Below are positions 23,081 to 36,110 of a stretch of DNA of 64,000 nucleotides, in pieces. The DNA comes from Marsupella aquatica (taxonomy: Eukaryota; Plantae; Marchantiophyta), in NCBI GenBank assembly GCA_973895155.1, contig OZ316893.1, forward strand, positions 21,932,955 to 21,996,954, written 5' to 3'. Every line of letters begins with the position of its first letter. Position 1 is the first letter of the stretch. The translations under genes and the position numbers were made by a program. The notes beneath the pieces are model-generated. The model searched no databases and was not told the DNA's origin. It was given only the letters and a program-made list of their open reading frames with translations.

Positions 23081-25527
23081 CGGGGGCCATGGTACATCAC
23101 AACGCCTACTAGTTTGTGATTGAGATAATGGCTCTTTGCAATGACAGCCGGGCGACGTCAATAAACACCGACTTAGCTAAAGTTTCGAGGAGCTCTCACA
23201 AATTCTTGAAGGGCCCGACTTTGATTGAATCTAATGATGATTATCTGTTCTCGAAGACAATTTCCAAGACACTAGCCTCACGCACCAGAGCTAGCCAATT
23301 GTACCCTAGACTTGTCTGAACAGATTCAGTTGTTGCTTTACTCTAAGCTACTGTACTTTTCTTGATCTGCAGCACGGACGACTGCTGAGATTCATAGATC
23401 CAACGTCTAAGCCCAGACTTCCATTTCGCAGAACCTTTTCAGTCTTGTGGGTGTCTTTGCAGCGCTGAGACCTAGAGAAAGGGTTTTGAGAGCTAGAGTC
23501 TCTCCATCCAAGTTTGCAAAACCCGAAACATTCTATTTCTGTTTAGTTTTGTCAGGTCAGCTCGAAATCCTTTGTATCTGTAGAGCAGTAGAGGAGTCCA
23601 GCCACTGAGTATTCCTTCCCAGGTCTGGTTAGTGACAAGTCTCGCTATGTGCAGCAAGTTTGAATGTGAGAAGATCTCCTGTTGGAGCTTGCACTTCCTG
23701 GAGATTGCGTCCTCTAAGCATAGAATATGATAAAAATATGCATCTGTTCAACTTCCACAAAAAGTGAAGAGCCTGCAATGAAAAATACCATTAGCTCCGC
23801 GCTTGATTTGCGGAGTAGTTGAAGCTTCCGTCTAAAGAAACCAGTAAGTTATGGACTACTGAACGAAACCTTTCGAGCTATGAACCCCTTTGGCATCAAG
23901 TCGAGGAAAAGAAGAAAACCATAAGTAGCTCGGTTTTCACAGCATGAATAGATTCATCACAAAGAAAGTAGAGAAGGAATCGAGAATCCTGCACGGTTCC
24001 ATGTTCAATGCCAGTACTTCACAGATGTCCTGTGGCGACTCAACCTGTCCCAATTAATTCACTCTGCCAACCTCTCGATGTCTTCATCTGATGCACCTTC
24101 CACAATCGCACCCGCAAACAATCGAAGACTCCACCGAAGCAGCAGTTGTGTGGAGATGGATGAATTCCAAAATCTTCAGATTTACGCCCTTGCCATCCGA
24201 CGATTCTAGGTCCACAAACTGACCGGCATCCATTCCCTCTGACCCCACACTCCAGCCCACGCCGGCAATCACACGCACCGCGTTCTCCGAGTTCACCCTC
24301 TTCGTCGCATTCGCTATATGCTCAAACGCTTTACAATGAGAGCGTCTCCAGTAAGTACTTCAGTCGCTTCCTCGTCTGTTACATGCATTTTATCTCCCCA
24401 CGAGAGCAAATTGTTATGCGCGTCCATGAAATGATCGTGGGCCAGAGACGAATCGTAAATCATCTCCATCGCGCATGACTGTCTCTTGGTCTCCACCGAA
24501 TAGCTCACAGGCCGCAATGCTCACCACAGAGCAGAGCCTCACCTTATTATTGCATTCCGTTTTATCCCCATTCTTGTCATCCCAAGTCGGAGAGCAACAG
24601 TCGCCGCAAGTGTGGAGGGGCTACATCAACAAGGAACTCCTAAATTAGGACGACTATCGTAATCTAGAAGAAACTTCTAAAGGGGGAGTAGTCTAGAAGT
24701 AGCTCCTAAATCAAGGAAACTATGATTCACATTTGACCAATTGTCCACTCCGGACGAACTTCATCAATTCGGCATTCTTCACTTCGTTTTGGTATTCTGG
24801 TCTTCCAAAGCTCCCTCCCAAGGAGCTAGGGAACTCGGAATCCAGCCGATAGATAGACACAAGGGTGGCAAGTGAAGACTGAATGGGAAATTGCATCCTA
24901 CAGCTGCAGGACTATCCATGGGTTCCGCCACAGAGACTGCCATGGCTTGAATGGCTGAATATTCAACAAATCTGAAGATCCAACTTACTGTGAAATACAA
25001 TCCAAGCAAATTGAGTCTTTCCAGAAGTAAATTGGACGGGAACTATGAACGGGAAGAGGATAGATCTCGGGAGATAGCAGTCCGGGTAAGTGTTGAAAAT
25101 CTACTTCCCCGAAATGTACCGGGCTGACTGAGCTCAGATTCAATCAGACTTCTGACAAGCCCTAAACTGTAAGTAATGCATTAAAGCGTCTATAGAATGA
25201 GTATGTACAGTTGTTCTTTACTCCTTTGCACAAAAATTCTGGGTGGATAACATTCCAGATGCAACTTGAAGACTTTAGCCCTGGCGTCAACCGGAATTGC
25301 TATATAACTCAGTATTTGTTTAAAAACAACAATTTCCAGAAACCTGTACAATTTGTCGTGATAGCCCCTAGAGAATAGGGGTCACAGTACCTCTCTACTT
25401 ATCAATGACCCGGCCCAGTCTACTTTCCACTTTACTAACCTGTCTTAACACAGCAATCTTCTACAACGTAATTCAATCCTGACGAAAGTTTTTCGTAACA
25501 CAGCAATCTTCTGCGATGTTTCGTACT

Positions 25528-28500
25528 TCAATCCTGAAAAAAGGTTTCCAGGGAAGGCGAACTTGTACTACGGCTACAAAAATTTGTATCAACAGTTAGG
25601 TTCTGTCGACGATTCGATTTCCTGTCCTGTGAGTTTCCTGGCAAAGGCATTAGCGGCTGCCTAGCATTACACAAGGCACAAATGATCTCTTCTCCGTGTT
25701 CTTCGTACGTTTTCGATCGTGCCCTTCCACCGGACTGGGAACGACCACCTTTATTCTGTTCACAGTGAAAAGAAGAGAATGTTAGATCTTGTATACGCGG
25801 ACCAAGTTAAGCATTGAACCCCTTATTTTATACAACCTCTTAAGTCTCCAGCTATGCATCTCTGGATGCTGACCTGGATCCTCTTAGAAGACGAAGACCT
25901 GGCTGGGACAGAGTTTCTGGATTTAGTGCCGGTCCATTTTCTTGGAATGCAAATATTTATCACATGGCGGACGACGTAAGGTAACAGAACTCAGGTGATA
26001 CGCCACACACGTGGAATGGCCGGAGATGATGCACTACTGACCTCGGTGCTATTCATTACTAAGTAAGATGCAAGATTTGGTGCTGTCATTCAGATGTAAG
26101 ATTTTCGCAGTGGGGTACACACTCAAAGTTTTGAGGACACTGGTGCCAGGCCATTATGATGCAAGATTTGCGCAGTAGGGTACACACCCAAAGGTTGAGG
26201 ACACTTGTGCCATGCATGTGAAGTGTGTGTAGACCTTACTCCTTTATTTTGCATGGGAGACTCAGGACCAGCGTATCTGCGTCTTAGAAGGACCCTTAGT
26301 TCCTTATTCTCATCGGCTAACATTTGTACCTGAAGTACCACACCCACACGAAGATTCCAAATCCAAATCCAAATCAGGCAGTGCCAAGAAAAATTCAAGC
26401 AACTCTGGTCGAACACCAACCTTGAACCCGAACAGCTGCAATACTACACAAGGACCTACATATCACTCCCAAAGGCAAAGTCATTGCACAGGTGGACCTG
26501 CCATTCTTTGCAACCGCATGCCTCCTATGAATGCTAGATGAACATACCTCGACTTCAGCTTTGTCAAGGTTGCCTCTGCAAAGAGCAGCCTCCTGCCTCA
26601 GTGCCTCCGTCTCTTGTAGCAATACTAGCAAGTTCGATTCTGCACCATCGACCCTGAATGCGAAGAACACCAACATTTTATACATAAAAATCTTGGAGGC
26701 GATGATTTCCAAAAAAGTTCAACGAAACAAATTGACGGATCCTTCATCCCGAAAGAAAAACCACTCAAGGATTACAACAGCATACGCTGATAATAATCTT
26801 CTTAAGCAATTACAACCAACATTGTCAAATTGCAGAAAGTTGGGGAATCAAGCAACCCCTGTGGAAAGAGCCTAGTTAATTAGTCATTTCTTTGAAATAG
26901 CACAACAGGCAATGCCTACACTAGAAAGTGGATACGATGACAGATGGACAGATCATTCATCTCAAAAGAAAAGCGTTCGGACAAGGTACAGTACCTTTCG
27001 CGACTTCCACCAAGCTCAGACTCCATACATCTGAAAATGGATGAAAACTCAAGACTGCTGGCATTTAGTGACTCCTCTTTCTCTTCTTCTAGGGCTTTAC
27101 AGATGCCAGCGGTAACTGCTGACGAGACCATTTCATGAACAGCTCGTTCATCTCCTTTGGAAGCAACTTCCTGATCATATTTCTCTTGCAAAGACCTCAG
27201 TTCCCGACCCACTTCCTCACATTTCTGCATGGCAAATCATAAATTGGTCACACTCACAACACAAACACTGGCCTACCAGACGGGAACGCACAGACCTTCC
27301 ATGCTTACAAGTCTGGCCCGCAGATAATTGAAGCATAACTACTGGACCTTATAGGGCAAGCATTCATATCTAAATTTACCTCATTGGCTTCCAACAAGAG
27401 GGCCAGTAATGTTTCTTCGTGGGGTAGCGACCTGGATTCCGTATAAGCACTCATCACCTCTTGCCCCTCGGCACCGAGGACCCACATTTCTTCCTGTAGT
27501 CTGCACAATGATTCTTACTTCAATGTCATCAAACAAGAACCAGTTCCCCTCTATATGCTGCAGACAGTAAGGTTAGCATTATTGGCACATGGGACGGGCA
27601 AGTTTTGGTCCGAGATCCATCTACGCGCTGAGGGAGATTGGTTTTGTCAATCACTGTTAAAAAATCAAGTTCACAAGGGTTAACATGCATTACTTCTGGG
27701 CCCTAGAATTGTCCACGAAGGACCAAACGTGAGACAGTGGAACGCAATCCCTTGTGAGGATACAACGAAGAATCCTACCAAATGGGCTCGGAGCAGGTTT
27801 GGCTGCAAATCTGCCAGCGAACATAATCGTTGCTGAAGATAGATTTCGACAGACACCTGACGAATAGTGTTGGCATTCATTCACTCTTCACGAAGAACCA
27901 ACTGGGGACACTAGTAAAGAAAGCCAATACGTATGAGTCGTAATTATACAAACCTTGAATTCTGTTCCTCCAGTTCTGTTATCCGTAACCTTAGGGACGC
28001 GACGTACTCAATGTAGTCCATCTGAATCAATGCAAGAGACAAACAAGTAAGAGCGAAAAATCAACCATTAAACGGAACTAAACAGGTCCTGCCTGCCAAG
28101 ATAGGGACTTCTTGATCCGTGACTCAAGAACGAAATAACACCAGAATAGTGTTTCTTTCGAGCGTTTCTTCACAATCGTGCACTATTCTGCGGCAATTCG
28201 AGGACTCTTAGAAATCGCACGATCTTTTCGGCCCCGGAACAACAAGACGACCGTGGAGACACTGATAGAAGCTCCATTTAGATTTGCATTTCATTCACGT
28301 TTTCAAGAGATTTGCTGAAAGTTTGCGCTGTCTTTTGTCTACTCCTCCTCGGGACATTAAATAGCACAACTCATGTCTGGAAGTAGTTCAAACTTCTGTA
28401 CTCTACCAGTAGTCTCCTACACCTGAAATCTCACAAAGCAACGAAAAACGATGACAGAGTCGATGCAGAGCGGCCATTGCTAGGGTACATAATTGATCTG

Positions 28501-30120
28501 GAATGGAAGAAATGGACGAATGTTGACTGAGACTAATGAAAACCCGTAAAGAAGCAAAGATCGTCAAAGATCATCAGAAGGGGCGTCAAATTAGCTGACA
28601 CACTATCAACGACGAAAGTTTGTGTGCAGACAGTCTGTCAAACCGGAAATTCAGCTGGACCATCGCTGGAAACAAGCGTAGCCTCAAGAGCAAGAGCAAG
28701 ACGAATTCAATAATTCAAATGTTTGAACCTAGGAGCATGTCTGAAAGTCTAGTGTCCCACCATTCTCCTGCGTTGCACTTGTCCAAGCACACGAAGAATT
28801 CGGCCAAATCATCACTCAAACATGCTCACTCCTGACCCCCTAATTACATATTGCAGTCATGAAGTTCCCTCAAGATATATCATTTCTATCCCTTTATAAA
28901 GAGAAGCTCCGACGATGAGAGATGCGTGCAAAGACGTAAACGGAAACCCTTAACGACAGTTGGGAAGAGTGTCGTAATGATTTTTTGCGATCACATTCAT
29001 TGCAGTACTCACCTCCTTACCTGTAGAAAATCTCAATTAATCTCAGGTGCACACATTAGTTGTCTTATATCGTGGCTGTCGACAATAAACCTTTTCGATG
29101 GTCTAGAATGGTTTATGGAGCACCACTGCGTCTTGCAGACGTCGCGACCAGTTCCGAGTTATCACTAAAACTTAATAAAAGCCATTAAAGTTGTGGCATA
29201 TGCCTTGAGCCTCCTATAATTTGGATATCGACGACTTGTGGATCTATCAAGTCTGGTGACAGGATGGCTTGCCGAAAGCAAGAGCGTGAGGCCAAGGGAA
29301 GGGACAAACCTCCAATGTTACTCGACCATCCTGAGCCAGCGCTTTTCTGACCCGCTCCAATTCCAGGATCAGCGTTTCATTCTTCTTTTCTGCCTCGGCT
29401 GCTCGATCCTCGGCCTCGGCCGCTCTGTCCTCAGCTTCGTATGCCGCCTCCATGAACACATCACGATCATTGTGATACAACGCACACTCATGCTCTAATC
29501 TGCTACACTCCTCTTTCAATGCTCGGTGTTGATCTGCCAGCTTCTGACTGTCCGCTACCTGCCTCTTCAGTGCTTGCGCATTCAACATGGCCTCCTCCTG
29601 CCAAGACATGGCTCAAACTTCAGCTTCAGGGTGTTGTTAATTATAAACGCACACATGCCCAAATGAACTCCACATATTCACCGATTTCGTCTTTAGTAGC
29701 CTCACTCAAACCTTTACGTCTTAGTGGCACACTTCGACCGAGTAGACGTGCCATTTATCAGCAGCTAGACTACATCACGGGCGTCCAGGCTTTTACAAGT
29801 AGAATTGAGGAAAATAGAGGTAGAGTCCAAACAAATCTCCAGACTTTCGTAATTGCTCACATTGCCAAAGAAAGGAAGACATTAAGGACCGATAAAACGA
29901 AGTATACCTTTGATTTGGTGCGTTTGTATTCGAGTTCGCGCAGCCGGAGTTGCACGTGCTGCATTTGCAATGCAAGATCACTGTAGGATTCCTCTGGTTT
30001 CGAGAGCTTCTGGTTCAGATGATCCTCTGAAGCACAGAAGCCGAGCATATGGAAAATTGACTCCTGCATGTACGTATCCAGCTCGGCAGGTAGCGCATAT
30101 TGGTCGCTCTCTGCTCCCAT
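25528..30120 (-). CDS. Plant coiled-coil protein of unknown function (resembles the Arabidopsis At1g14680/At4g09060 'early endosome antigen'-annotated family); 8 exons, about 447 aa
   Basis: Exons 30120-29908, 29597-29310, 28021-27954, 27500-27380, 27224-26995, 26653-26548, 26329-26240, 25755-25528, all GT-AG and in frame (1344 nt). Family-like blocks: LPAELDTYMQESIFHMLG, EAMLNAQALKRQV, LEHECALYHNDRDVFME, NLDKAEVEVQMLADENKEL and C-terminal RQPLMPLPGNS. Confidence 0.8.
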
Positions 30121-32745
30121 TGTTGCATTCACTAAATTCTCACTCCCCAAATATCTCTCCTCCAAAACCCCTTTCTGCTTTCTGGGACAGGTTTTACTGG
30201 ACCCGAATTGCACCGCAGAGATGCGTGGTAGGCTTCACAGAGTTGGAAGTACGTAAAGTACGAAGAAATTCAACGTTGAAGCCAATGCAAGTCATCATCT
30301 TCAAGAAGTCAAGGCTCCTGCGTTCCGTCTATCTCACATCATTAAGTCACAGTCATTGAGTCCAGCAAATTTCCATCATAATCTTCAGATTTCCATAATC
30401 ACGAGAGGTCTCAGTCCGTTTAACACCGCGCAGGGCATAGGGCGCTCAAAATCAAAATCAAACGGCTAGAAAGAATTTTTGCCGCTTTCGTTTGACCTCC
30501 CAGACGGCTCAACCTCGAGCCTCGACGACAATCACAAAGCTCGGTAATCAATTAATCAACGGAGCCAAATTCGTCGTAACCATGGAATTTGGACCAATTC
30601 GTTGCGCAGAGAAAAAAACTCGCCGAAGGAGAGCCTTGTTTCGAAACACGGCCGTCACAACCAGCTGAAGCTCATCGGGACGAAAAATTATAAATCACAG
30701 AACTCCTTCAAATGCGGCGCATAAAACGGCTCTGGATACCGCCAAGAAAGCTCAAAACTTTTGGCGATTGTCAACACCTCTCCCCCCGGCCGCGCCCTCC
30801 GCAATGAAGGTAATGTCACAATTGGCAACAACAAAACTCCTCGAATAACCCTGTGGCCTTCGTCCCAAACAAATGGTTTAGAGCATAGCAGAACGGAGAA
30901 GAAAACGTCCAAAGAAATTCAAAAGTGAAAATATTTTTCAAAAACTCCCGCTGGCGCTTTTCACAAAATCATGTCCCTAGTCAACCCCGCGCCATCGTCG
31001 TTCCGCAACCAAACAAAGCTCGATAGAACTCAAACTACATCTCATGAAAACGGAGTACAAAGAAAACACGCACTCGAAACACGCCTGGAGTACTAACCAT
31101 CCACCAAAACAATTCCAGGCGAACAAAGAACTCTCCTCCTCCTCGCTTCAGCAAATTTCCGTCGCTTCTACGCGCGCTTTCTCTCGACGAAACCAATTCT
31201 TCGCAACCAAACAGCACTGGACGGAGCTCGAACCAGATCAAATGAACCGAAAAACTGAATGCAAAGAAAGCGTCCACACGAAATGTGCCTGGAGGAATGC
31301 TCAAACCAACTACAAAAAAATTTCCAGGCCAACAAAGAGCTCTCCTCCTCTTCGCTTCAGGAGATTTCTCGCACCTAAACGTATGCCTCTGTTTCAAGGA
31401 CGACAATTCTTCGAGCTCTCCTCCCCGTCTCGCACTCTCGCGTCCTAGGCTGCCCTCTCAATCTTCTCGTCCTCTCTCGAGCTCTGTCTCGAGAACCGAA
31501 AGCCTCGAGAGGGCAATAGGAAAGAGCAGACGAGCGTGGGGACATCATGCTCGTTGAATGTGGGGCCCACCGACGCAGCGCCCGTCCGATCTCCATCGAA
31601 CGGCGCATCATGCGTGCTGTCCGGCGCAAGTTTATTTTTGTTTCGTTACACGTTTTCATCATACTCGTGTACTGTTTTCTTGCCCATATTGTGTATATCC
31701 TGTGCTCACCATGTTCATTCATTCACCTACTACTATATTTGATTTGAAATGTAGGCAGGCCATATTTCCGGAACACACATCAAATGGGCGTTAGACACTG
31801 CCTTAGAAAGGTCTTATGACTGTGGCTTTTTGTATGTCATAAATGTTCACCCACTATATTTGAAATGTAGGCAGGCCATATTGAACACAAATCAAATGGG
31901 CATGTTGAAGCTGCCACTTTCCATATAATTGCTACACAAATTCAGGAAAGTCTACTATTTATCTTTCCATATTGCTCCACAAATTCAGGCAATTATGCTA
32001 TTTAAGGTTTTTGTCATGGCTAGTGGTGATTTAAGAAAGGTCTTATGAGTGTGACTTTTTGAAATACAGGGAAGCTATTTAGGTAGCCCATGAGTTTTTC
32101 CTACCTACCATAAAACCACTTTATGTCTTTGACCTTATTTCACTTATGGACCTGTTTTGACACGCCCTAGAACAGACATTTGGTTGTGCCACTGGATTTG
32201 TGGGTCGCAACATAAACCATACACAATTTGGTCTCGCCACTTGACTTGTGGGTGGCAAATAACTTGTCTTGGTTTGTGTTCTAATTGTACCAAGATCATG
32301 ATTAGATGTAGAATTAGATTTAGAACTGACTTCTTCATTTCAATCAGGGCCAACTGAGCCCATCCCAGGCCAGAGAGGGTAGACAAGAGTGAAGGGCCTG
32401 TGTCATATGGCAAGAAACAATCTGAGGTTTGCTTCCTCGGCATGATTTTTAGGCAAATCTACTATTTTGCCACTAAAACTAAAGCTCACCTCTACCCAGA
32501 CATTGTCCCTGCCACTATGTAAATTCATCGGCCAGTTTACATTGAAAAGAAAAAGTCTCCAGCTGTGTTTTGGATATAATTTTGAGATGACTTTTCACTT
32601 TTTGTAGGATGCCCAGACTAATTGGGGCTGAGTAATGAAGGTCTGTTCTTTGTTATTGTTTTGTTGCCCCAGAATTTTCTCAAGACCTAGTTCTCTAACG
32701 AAGAATGCCCCGAGTAGTATGCCCCAAGTAGCAACAATAAACTTT

Positions 32746-35175
32746 TTTTTTCCTTCGAATGGTTTTTCTTTTATAGAATAAACCCACGAAAACCCCACGG
32801 GAGGGGGGAAACAAGCAGCCCAGAAAAGGATCCACCAGAGAAAAGCAGCCAAACACAAACCCGGGCCAAAAGCACAAAACAGAACAAAGCAGAAGCAACC
32901 CAAGTGCACCACCAGCCACAGCGCCCCTGGCACACAGGCCCCTCAATGCCGTCCCCATGGAGTGACCACCCACAGTCAAAATTCCGCACTCAAAGACCTC
33001 CAATACACCACTAACAGAGGCCGAAACGACACGGCTGTCACCGCGCCCAAGGCACCCACAACGAAGGGAGTCAATCCACCCCTTGGCCCTAAGCAGCCTA
33101 GACATCTTCCTCCCTGGCGGGGACCGCCTACTAACAGCCATTAAGTGATCTGCTACCTCAGAAAGAACCAAACCAACGTCAAAGATCCGTCTTCCTCTCC
33201 CTGATTGGAACATATGTGAGTTACGGCCCAACCAAATCTGCCAAAGGACCTGATACAACACAAAAAGCTTGGCAGCACTTGCGCCATCCTTTCCCATTGC
33301 ATCATCAAGCATCTCCAACAACCCTGCTCCGGCACGTAATCTCAACTCACAGAGAGATGCCAGACAAAGCCTCCAGCACTTGCTAGCATGCTTGCATTGC
33401 AAAAGCAGGTGCGAGAGGGTCTCCACCAACCCCGGACATAGCTTACATCCACCGCTGCTAGATTTTCAGAGCACGCTCCCCAGTGAAAGGACCCCCTACA
33501 ATAATATGCCAAAGAAAAGTCTTGGCCCTCGCTGAGAGATCCGATCCCCATAATGCCTTCCATCCAACACACCACTCACTCTCTGACCAATTGACTGACC
33601 AGATGCCATTCAGCCGCTCAAAACTGACACTTCTCGGTCTGAGAAATTGGTATACGCTGCAATTCGCCATACCAAAATCCTGAAGGGGCTCAGTTCTGTC
33701 CGCCCACCGCCACTGGTGCGCCCCACATTCAATGAATAGTCCGCAAGAGCTTGCTTCCCAGATCGTCACCAGAAAGGACAAAGCCAGATCATGCAGCTCC
33801 TGCGAGAACCCTCACAAGTGATGCCAGCGTAAAGGTAAGTCCTTCCAACAGCCTTCCTCCTCTGACCATCCCTCTGTGATGGTTCTCAGTCCAAGTCTCT
33901 CACAGAAAGCAGCAATAGCAGAGATTTCCTCATTTGGCAAAGAATTGAACTTCACGTTGCAATGCAACGTGTCAGTGATGCTCCTGGATCCCTGCCCGAC
34001 CAGGGAGAAAGGAGAGATGTGCTCAAATGAGCTCCCATGCTTTCTAGAGCCCCCTAGTATATTGCAATCCGTCGTAAGCACGGGGGGAGTAGAGTAGTAA
34101 TTGATCCCAAAAAGTGTAGTGGTTCTTTCTTATGCACTTGTAATTCAACCAGCCCATAAAGTCCAGATTGGCAGCAAGCATTCTAGACCACTCCCCTTCC
34201 GGAGCAATCAACGCCTTAGTAAACCACTGAGCCAACAGAGCATCTAAATGGCTCCTAAAATCCTTAAATCCCAAGCCGCCCTCCACCCTTGGGCGGGCAA
34301 GCTTGGCCAATGCCACCAGTGGAACCTTTCTTCCTCCTGCTAGATTGTATCCCCACAAGAAGTCTCTACACAGCACAATGAGATTTTTTGCCAGCCCTGC
34401 TTATGCCTTGAGGTACATCACATGGTAGATGGGGATCGCCTGTAATACATGCTTGACAAGAAACATTCTGCTGGTAAAAGAAAGTAATTTATTTGACCAA
34501 GAAGACAAGCGTGCTCCAATCTTATCCAGACAGAACTTGTGAAGTTGTTCAGTCCGAAGGCCCACACCCAATGGAGCACCAAGATATTTCTGAATTTCAC
34601 GTGGCTCACTAATGTGACAACCCGTGTTTATCAGCCAATCCGGGATAATCTCCAAAGCCAAGGGGATAATCACAGATTTTTCCAGGTTCAATCTTGCCCC
34701 AGAACCTAACTCATAGCAAGCCAAAGCACTCCTGACTTCTTCAAAAGCCTCCATCCTAGCAGGGATACACATCCCCACATCATCTGCAAAAAGTCGATAA
34801 CAGAGTTCGAGGATCTTGTTTATAGAAAGTCCACTCAACCTGCCCGCCCTCATTTCTGCATCAAGGAAGTCCATTAACGGTTGCGTAGATATCACAAACA
34901 GCAAGGGTGACAGAGGGCAGTCTTGACTCACTCCCCTGCGGAGCTCAACAGGGACCGACAAAAATCCATTAACTAAGGCTCTGGAGGAAGCCTGAGACAA
35001 CAACGCTCTTACAAGCTTAACAAAATGGCTGCTGAGTCCCAAGAGGAGCATTGACTCCCAAATATAGTCATGGTTAACCCTGTCAAAGGCTTTCTCAAAG
35101 TTGAGCTCCCCTCTTCTTGCTGTTCGCCCAGTCAAATGTCAATTATGCCAGTCAAATGTTGAATGAAACCAGTTT
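32746..35175 (-). mobile_element. 5'-truncated L1-clade LINE (ORF2: RT, zf-RVT-like C-terminus), pseudogenised, with poly(A) tail and 15-bp TSD
   Basis: RT motifs QTGFI, NFEKAFDRV, RGVSQDCPLSPLLF, LFADD, KYLGAPL; C-terminal C..C...ETLSHLLLQC; several stops and frameshifts. T-run at 32743-32751 is the A-tail. TSD gcaacaataaacttt (32731-32745) and gcaacagtaaacttt (35176-35190). Confidence 0.92.
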
Positions 35176-35559
35176 GCAACAGTAAACTTTGTTCTCACAA
35201 AGATTGAGATAAGGGAAAGAAGTCTAATTTGAAGGATATAGAACACCAGGTAAATCAACTAAAACCTTCTACAAACAGTCAAGAGACCGTTTCCAGGTCA
35301 CATTTGAGTCAAAAGTGTACAAGGTGCTATACAAGTCTGTTATGACATTCTGAGAGAGTCCATCTGAGCTTTGCCAGTCCACCTGAGTTTTACACACAAC
35401 ATATCAGTCCATCGAAGCTTAAGTTTCTTGCCACTGTTTTGATTTATTTGTCAAAATGCCACTTTTCTCACCACCAAGGCGTTTAGGGACAAAATCCCCC
35501 CCAAAGGGAGACCCAAAAGTGTAAACAGGCATAATGAGCAAGTCTCGGCAATGACCAAA

Positions 35560-36110
35560 GGAAACCCTATCCCAACAAGTCAGAACAAAGAGCCAGATCT
35601 GCAATATCCATCAGTTCCATCAGCTCCAACCCCTAGTACAAGCTGTCTCGATGCAACTGTGATCTTGTGGGAGGGTTGAACGAAAGTCCAATTTTCTAGG
35701 CAGCCTCATACCTCTGCTGGGAAAAATGGTAGTCGGCACAAATCGCAGAGATATTCTGAAAATGTCTCCTGGTCATCCTGAACCTACTTTGGAAATCCCT
35801 ATCATTGTAGGTACAAGTTGCTACAAGCAATCACCCAAAATTAACATCTGTGCCCAAACTCTCTCCTTAGTCGTTATGAACCCTCTTGCCAGGCAGCAAA
35901 CCACCTCCCCTGAGGCATCAATTTTAACATTTTGTATGGACTTAGGTCCTACAAAACAATGCCTCCTCCCAAAACCTCTTCTCCTCTCATTCAGCATTCC
36001 ATACTTCCATTTCCTGCATCAAATTTGTCTTGAAGGCCTCCATGTCTTCCAAAATTTCATGACACTGTGCACTCATTGCAAGAGCGTACTGCAATTCCTG
36101 GATCCATATG
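35560..36110 (-). pseudogene. PIF/Harbinger-type ('plant transposon protein') transposase relic, N-terminal part
   Basis: Minus-strand frames read YNDRDFQSRFRMTRRHFQNI...FSQQRYEAA*KIGLS and, after a frameshift, HKITVASRQLVLGVGADGTDGYCR. This follows the Harbinger pattern F..RFRM.R..F..I / Q..DA.G..GLS..QK.TAA.RQLA.G..AD..DEY.R. It is absent from the ORF track because of stops. Confidence 0.7.

Noticed and set aside
24084-24517. Two consecutive minus-strand ORFs in CpG-rich sequence between convergent genes
   Set aside because: Different frames, no ATG-initiated coherent model and no recognisable motif. A lncRNA or relic cannot be excluded but is unsupported.
31035-31794. Cluster of 66-134 aa ORFs on both strands
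   Set aside because: Low-complexity CT/GA-rich sequence upstream of the coiled-coil gene, better explained as its promoter, 5' UTR and leader intron.
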